DNA of 64,000 nucleotides from Candidatus Woesearchaeota archaeon. GTDB lineage: Archaea; Nanobdellota; Nanobdellia; Woesearchaeales; UBA11576. Positions 28,201 through 37,200 of the stretch are shown piece by piece. A program made the position numbers and the translations under genes. Each line of letters starts with the position of its first letter. Position 1 is the first letter of the stretch. The DNA is taken from the NCBI GenBank assembly GCA_018675335.1, contig JABGYH010000007.1, positions 468,986-532,985 on the forward strand, read 5' to 3'. The notes under the pieces are model-generated. The model saw only the letters and a program-made list of their open reading frames with translations. It was not told where the DNA came from and did not search any database.

Positions 28201-31200
28201 TTTTATTATTTACCCTCGCATGCAGAAATTAGTCATAATAAATTTAATAGTTCTAATGTAATTGAAGATTTAAGTTATGTCTTAGATTCAAACATTTTTG
28301 ATTCAACCAATTTAACAATTTATAATAATAGTTTTTATGGTTATTTGAGACTTATGAATTTGAGAGGATATTCATATAATGTTTCAAATAATTATTTTGA
28401 TATGGATGATTCAGATCAATCACTTTTAACTCTTTCAACTAGTAATTCATTTTTTAATAACAATATTATGGGATGTCCTTCAAACTATTGTGTTCAATTA
28501 GTTGCTGGAACAAATAATAATTTCACAAATAATACCTTGATTGGGGATGATTCTATTGTGATCGATGATGGATCTGGAATTTTTATTGATGGTGAATTAA
28601 ATACAACTGGAATATATTTTTCTGGGAGTGCTGCTGGTAATATTACAATCGCACAGTCAGTTTACTTTAATATTACCAATTCTACTTTGGACGGATTGGA
28701 TAATTCTCAAGTTTTGGTTAATGATTTATTTGGTGCGGGAGTAATTAATGCAATGACTAATTCAACCGGTTTAACTGGTTATTATGTTTTGAATGAGTTT
28801 TTGGAAAATAAAACTGAAAGAATTAATTACTCTCCTCATCAAGTTAATGTAAGTTTAGCAGGTTACAATAGTAATAATTCTTTGGTAAACATTAGTGAAC
28901 TTGAAGATTTTGAAATTCAAAAAACTCTTGAAATTTTTGTTGGAGGCAGTTTAGCAATTCAACAAAATGAACCTGCTGAATTTTTGTTAATTGATAATGG
29001 CGCTATTTTTAATTACAGTGTTAATATAAGTTGTCAAGATGGTCCTTGCGGGAATATAACTTTGATACTTGATCCTCAAGACTCTGAAGAAAAAGGAAAT
29101 GTAACTTTGGATAGTTCAGGTGATAAGACTAAACAAATTGTTTCAATTAATAGTGTTAATCTTGAGGATAATAACTCGTTTTTATATGATGTTCAACTAA
29201 GTGGATGTTATTTGACTGAGGGACAAAGTGATGCGTACGATGGATTTTTTGATTTAAATGTTAATTATTCTGAATATGGTGGACTTCGGTTTGAAGATAA
29301 TTCTTTAGAAGGTTGGGCTAATTGTGAATCACAAATAATTAGTGATTTAAATATTACTAGAAAAATTTATGTTTCAGATCAAGAAAATTGGATACGATAT
29401 TTGGAGATTTTACAAAATCCAACTGAACAAGAAATTTGTGTTAATGTTTCTATAAGTGGTGATTTAGGATCTGATTCGAGTACTGTTTGTGTAAATACCT
29501 CTGATGGAGATAATGATTTTACTATTGCAGATTCTTGGTTTATTACTGATGATGAAGGTGATTTAGGTGGAGGAAGTGAGAATGATCCTACATTGGCATT
29601 TGTTTTTCAAGAAGATAATTTTGGTGTTGAAAGAATTGATTCTGCATATTGTGCTGATGGTGATGATATGCCTTATTGGCAATGGAATGATACTTGTGTT
29701 TTTCCAGGTGAAACTAAAATTTTAATGCATTATGGAGTTCAACAAACAGATAGATCTGCAGCACTTGTCGAAGTATTAGATATTCAAGAAAATTTTTTGA
29801 GTGAAATTCATACTGCGAGAATGTCTGATGCAGAACAAGAACAAATTATTAATTGGGGTTTTAGCAAAGGAGTAATTCCTAATGGTTCGGGAAATCCATT
29901 TTATACAGTTAGTGAAAATCCTCGAACAAGTATTACTGATAATTGTTTAACTAATATGCAAGCAGATGAGTCTTGTGAAATAAATTGGACAGTTCATACA
30001 AATTCATCAGGTGGGGATTATACATTTTTTGTAATTGCAGAATCAGATATTTCTGAAGTTTTGGGAGTGTTAAGTTCAAATGTTACTATTTTAGTTGATG
30101 GTGCAAATCCAGAATTAGTTTCTAAACAACCGCAGAATGATGCGATATTTGGAGACGGTCCAATTAGTCAAGATTTTAATTGCACATTTAGTGATGATGT
30201 TAATTTATCAAATATTTCTTTGTATATTACTGATGAAACTGATCAAAATTTTGTACTTAATTCCTCTCAAAATAAAATTGGGCTAGAAAATACTAGTGAT
30301 TGGAATTTAGATTTAATTGATGGGAATTATACTTGGGCGTGTTTAGCAAAAGATCAATTTGGCAAACAAGCTTGGAGTCAAAATAATACTGTTGAAGTTG
30401 GTTATTCTGGTTTTTTAATCGATGAATGTATAAATATTACTCTTCCTGGAAATTATATTTTATCAAATTCAATTAATTCAATTAGTGGAAATTGCATCAA
30501 TATTAATGTTTCAAATGTTAATTTAGATTGTCTAGAAAATACTATTAGTAGTTCAAATATGAACAATGGAATTAATGTCGAAGATGCAGATAATATTTCT
30601 ATTACGGGATGTTCTTTTGAAAATTTAAGTCGAGGAATTAATATTGTTGGAAACTATGGGATTTATTTAAACAACCTAAATATAAATAGAAATCAAGTTA
30701 CTTCAAATAACGTATCTTATGGAATTTACTTATATTATATTAACAATAGCATTATACAAAATAATTTATTTGAATCATTACCGTATGCTATTTATGGAGA
30801 TTATTCCGATAATCTATTAGTTCAAAATAATAATTTTGATTCTGGCGATAGTGTGCTTCGTATTTATTATGTGAATAATCTTTCTTTTAATCAAAATAAT
30901 TTAACCAGTATATCTTCTGATGTAATAAATTTACAAGGAGTATTATTGGGGTCAGGAGATAAATTAAATATTTCTCAAAATAATTTTATTGATACTTCAA
31001 GTACATTATATTTTTCAGGAGCTTTTAATGTGAGTGCTCAACAAAACTATTGGAATTCTACTAGTTGTTCTGAAATAATTAGTAAGATTGGTTATCAAGG
31101 GGGAACTAAGTTTGAATTTGAACCTTTCTTAGATGATGTTTGGCCAGCGGGTGAAGAACAAGATTGTGGTGAAGAAATTTATTGCGGGATGATTATTGAT

Positions 31201-34200
31201 GAGTCAATAAATTTAACACAAGATTTGAGTTGTGATTCTAATGGTCTTAATTTTGGAGGTAGTAATTTAGTTATTGATTGTAAAGGATATAAAATAAAAT
31301 CAGAAAATATTTATTCATATTATACTGCAATTCGAGACTTGTATAATTCAAATAATACAATTCAAAACTGTTCTGTTGAACAATTTAGATCTGGTGTTGG
31401 AGGAGATGGAACTAATTTAACAATCAAGTATAACAATTTTACCAATCATACAAGCTTACTTTCTTATTATGGCTCCGTAAATTTATCCTACAATAATTTT
31501 TTTAATATATCTGAAACTTTTTTGCTTGTTGATGGTGAAATAATAGCTGAAAATAATTATTGGAACTCAACAGATTGTAATGAAATCTCAAATAAAATTT
31601 CACGAAATCATCTTGGATCTAACATAGTTTTTTATCCTGTATTAGATGCGCCGTGGCCAATAGGACAACCCCGAGATTGTCAATCTCCATATTGTAATGA
31701 ATTTTTGAATCACTCAATAATATTAACAGAAGATTTGAACTGCTTAGTAAATGGTTTAATTATTGATAATGAGAATATAACTGTAGATTGTGCAGGACAT
31801 ACAATTAGATATTCTGGAGATGATTATTATTCAGATTACACTACTGGTTTGAATATTGAAAGAACTAATGCAACAATAAAAAATTGTAATGTGAGTAATT
31901 TTTATGATGGAATAAGAGGATATTTTACTGATAGAATTAATCTTTCAGATATTGAAATTTATAATTCTTCTCAGTTTGGAATCACTTTTAATAATGTTCC
32001 TTATTCTAATTTAAACAATCTTAGTTTGATAAATAATGAGCGTGCAATTGAATTTCAAGATCAACCAGATACAAATGTTACTAATTCTCTAATTTATAAC
32101 ACTCAACTAATGGATTATGTTAATGTGGACCTTTTAAGATTACATGGGACAAATTTGTTTTTTGAAAATATAACTATAGAAAATATATCTGCAGAATATT
32201 GTAGTTCTTTTAGTGCAATAAATGTTCGAGATATGTCACATTCAGAATTTAGAAATGTAGTTATTAAAAATATGTCAAATCCTGGAGGGTGTGACTCATA
32301 TTATGAGGCAAATGGAATTTATGTTTCTTCGTATGGTTACACATATGATAATATAACTTTTGTTAATTTAGATATTCAAAACGTAAGTGATAAGTCAATT
32401 TATACTCCATATGCTGCTGAAATTAATTATGTGTTTGATACAGAAAATGGGACTATTTCTTGGCAAAATAAATCCGCTGTTGATATAAATGCAACTAGTT
32501 TTGTATTGGGAGAACAAGTATTTATTGAGGAAAATTTATTAGGTTTGGCCGACAATGAATTATTAAGTAATTTAAATTCTACTGCTCAATTAATCTTTAA
32601 AGGTTTAGGGCATCCTGCAGAACCTGAAATTTTGAAAAATGGAGTTTTATGCGGAGAAGAAGAAGGATGTAATGTAACTTATTTTAATTCACAAGAAGAT
32701 ATGTTAATCGTTGAAGTTGATTCATTTAGTAATTATTCAACTCAATTAAATTTAATTGATTACGAATTTAGTGTTGAAGTCGGAGAAAACGTGACAGGAT
32801 CTGTTGGTGAGAATGTAAGTTATGTTGTTAATGTTACTAATGAAGGTTTAATTTCAGATAATTACACCATATATTTAGATTCAAATGAAACTGATTATGC
32901 AAATATTAATCAAACTGAATTTGACCAAGTTGGGTTTGGAGAACAAATTAGTTTTAATTTAACAACTAGGGATGATTCTCCGGGAGATTATTTGGCAGGA
33001 GTTTATGTTAGGTCAGAGGGAAATAATTCTAATGATCTGTTAATTCAATTTAATACTACTTTTGAAACGCAGGCAGGAATAATAAATGTAACCAAATTGA
33101 ATCCTTTAGGGTCTGAAGAAACTGTGCAATATAATACTATTTTTAATTATTCAATTTTAGTTGGTTGTGAATTAGGGGATTGTGGGAATATTAGTTCTGA
33201 ATTATTTAGGTATAACAATACTGAAATTGAAATAGTTCCTTATTGGAGTGGCAATCCATATAGATCAATAAATCCAACCCCCAAAAATTATACTAATTAT
33301 TCTTGTCTTGGAAACATGACTCAAGGAGATACTTGTCAATTAGATTGGTTGGTGTTTTCTGAAGAACTTCCTGGACTAAATAGTATGGTTTATGCAAATT
33401 TGAGTTCTGATGTTTTAGGTTTTTCTAATACTATGAGTGATGAAGTAAATATTACTATGGACTATATTTCAGGAAATCTTAATCAAACAAGAATTGTTCC
33501 AATATCAAATCAATTGTTTAAATCTCCTGATGATTATATTAATTATACAATTTTAGTTGGTTGTAATGTAATTTCAGGCTGCAATGATTTAACTGTGAGT
33601 TTATATTGGTATAATAATACAGACCATGAACTTGTTCCTTATAATAGTGGGACTCCGTTTAGAGATATTATTTCTAATCCTAAAACTAAATTTACTGATG
33701 AGTGTTTAGATGATATGTTATTTGAAGAAACATGCCAATTAGAATGGGGCATAATCGTAGATTCAAATGTGCCAAATTCTGAATATGATATTTATTCAAA
33801 TATCACCTCTAGTTCAGAGGGTATATTGCCAATAGTTACTGAAGAATTAAATATTACTATTGGTGAGACTACTGAAATTGAAATAAATTTAATTGAGCCA
33901 CAAAATACAATTACTAATTTTACTCAAAACGAATTTAATAATTATAGTGTTAACATTAGTTGTGTGGGAAGTAATGATTGTGGTATCATAACTGCTGGAG
34001 TTTATTTTCAAAATATTTCAAATGATACTTTTGAACAAGTATTTTCATTTTATGATGTGAGTGATTTAACATCAATTGCTAGATATGATTATAGTGGAGA
34101 ATCAATATTTTCGTTTAGTGAATATAATAAATCTTTAAATTCTATTTCTGAAGGAGGGGATTATGTTTATTTAGCAAGCACTGAAGATGACATTTATCAA

Positions 34201-37200
34201 TATGATTTAGTGACTGGTGAATTAACTAATAATTGGGATGCAGTGATGGATGGTGATATTGGTTGGGCAACAGAAGTTGTTTCCGATAATCAAAGTAATT
34301 TTTATTATACTACTCTTGCTTCGGAAGTTGTAGCTAAACGAAATTCTTCAGGTGATTCTCAATGGTATTATAATTTTGATGAATCTGCATCTCAATCTAT
34401 TGAAGGAATTGCATTAAGTAACGATGATAGATTATTTTTGTATTCTGAAGAAAATTTAACAATTTTGAACAATTTAGATTCGGAAACTCCGTCATTTTAT
34501 GCTAATTTAACTTATGAGGGGGAAACAATTAAAGCAGTAGTTGCTGAGCATAATTCTAATAGAATGTTCTTTGTTGTTACTAAAGATGACACTACGGGTA
34601 ATTTATCTTTTTATCAATATGATGATGGTGATGGAGTTACTTGGAACGGGGATGAATTAACTGGTTCGTTATCCTTTTTGCCTGCGGATTATAATATTAG
34701 TTCGGAATCTGATGCATTGCTTGGTGCTGAAATGACTGCTTGGGTGTATCCTGTTGTGCTATTTAAAAATAAAGATGATTCTTACGCATATAATCTGATA
34801 TCTTTTGAATGGAATTTTGAAAATGTATTTATTAATTCTCAAATTAGACCTGGAAATGAAAGTGAATCATACTCTAATTATAATTTACGAACTGAAAAAT
34901 CTGGTGATGATCCAGTCACTACTGTGAGTGCAACATCAACTGCAGGAGATGGAAAAATTTTGATTCATGATTATAATGGGAATTATATAAGTGAATATAA
35001 TTATTCTCAATTACCAATAAATTTAGTTTCATTTAATTTAAATGGTCTAAATATAGCCGAATCTGCTAATGAAACAATTCCGTTTAATTTTGGAGCTTAT
35101 TTTTATGTAAATACGTCAAATCCAACTCAAACAAATTTTTTATTATCGGGAGAATCTGAAATTATTAATTGGTATGTCAATGCAACTGGGCCTTTATTTT
35201 CGTCATATATCCTGCAATCCGAATCATATTTATCCGAAACTCCATTTGTTAATTCCTCTTCACAAATATTAAATATAACTATAGTTTCTGCAGGAGAGTC
35301 TAATTTTTCTGGTTTGGTCGAATTGACAAATCCAATAGTATGTAGTAATGGGTATACTTCAGGTAATGGAGATTTTAATATTTCTAATGAAACAGTAATT
35401 TGTGAAAATGGACTTTTAGAAGTTATGGGGGACATAAATATATTTGAATCGATGCAAGGTGATTCTGAATTTATCGAAGTTAATAATTTTACTTTAGATG
35501 AAATAGGCTATGTTGATTTTGTTGAAGAAAATTATATTGGGTCGGTTAATATTCCTGTTGATATAAGTTTTGTTGATCAAAATTATAGTCCTGATTGGGA
35601 TAGCGGAATTGGCGAATTTAGAATAACATTTAATGAAGCAAATAAAATTGGTGTTTATTTAGATAATGTTCCTGAAAATGTAATTTATATGATTGATACT
35701 GATGGAAATTCTTCATTAGGAGTTAATTTTGGCGGGCCTATGAATGGAACTGAAGTTATTTTTGGTAATATTGGAGGGAATTATGTTGCGGGTTGTTGGA
35801 ATGAAACTGCACCTATGGAACAGCCATTTACTTTTTTAGAAAGTGGAGATTACTGTGATAATTCATTTCATTCAAATATAGGTTCAAATACGACTGTGAT
35901 TTATGATACTTTTGGAACTGCAGCAGAATACGTTTTTGATGTTACATCAGGATGGCATGAAGAAGAACTTCTTGTTTGGGTAGTTCAATTTAATGCTAGC
36001 GCAGGTGATAACGGTGAGATGGGATATACCTTATTTGCATCTACTAATTTATCTGGGTTTGGAGAAGTAGAATCTGGCTCTGAAGGAAATTTAATAATTA
36101 GAAATGTTACCTTAAAACCTGAAGGCTCAATTAATTCTTTTGGAAATTTATCAATTAATTATTCAATTGTAGAATTTCAAATGACTGAAAATGGAAGTAG
36201 TAATTTTAGTATTGGTAGTGGCGAGTATGATCAAGAGTATAGTGCAATTGCAAATATTTCTTTAAGTGAAATTAGAAGTAATGATTCTGAATATTATTGG
36301 GGTTTTAGAGTGTATGGTGTAGATCATGTTACTTTATTTGATAATGATTTTTCTGATTCTGGACTTGTTGGTGATCAATGGGGTTGGACTCATGATAATC
36401 GATTTGGTCAATGCTATAATTTGTCTATTGTTTCAAATATTTTTAGTAATTCTGCAGAACAAAGATCAGTTAATTTAGCAGACACAATATATGATTTAGA
36501 ATTTGTTTCAAATGAAATTAAAAATTATGCTTCATTATCTATTTCAGATATTTTAGGAGAAAATACTTCAGTAGTTATTAGTTCAAATATTTTAGGGTCT
36601 TTATTTATAGAAAATTTAAATGATACTTTATTTGAAAATAATACTATTATTGGTTCGATGATTTTAGCTAATGAAGCTGAACAAAACTCTTCAAATAATA
36701 CTTTTTTGAATAATAATTTTCAGGGCGGAATAATTGATAATAATTATCTTTTTGAAAATGTTTTAGTTTATAATAATTCTTATGGCGAGTTTAGAGTTGA
36801 AAGTAATAATATATCTATTGAACCTGGACCGTATAGTTTAGGTTTAGGAATGTCCGAATTATTTATTGAAAATAATAATATTACTATTGAAACAATTTTT
36901 GAATCTTGGAATGCAACACTTAAATTTTACGATCTTCCTTGGAGCGGAGGCGTAAATTTAACTCGAAATAATATTTTACAATTAGAATGTAATTATTACG
37001 AGTGTGAGTATAATAATATTACAGGCATTATGCAAGTTAATCAAACTGAACTTCCAATTGACGTTACTTATTCAACTGTTGGAAATATGGGTGTTTTTGA
37101 AGAACATACTTTCTTAGAATCATTCTTTGATGATTTTAGTCCTAATTTGAATTTATCATTTTACGAACTTGATTTAGATGAATTAGGAGTTATTTTTTCA

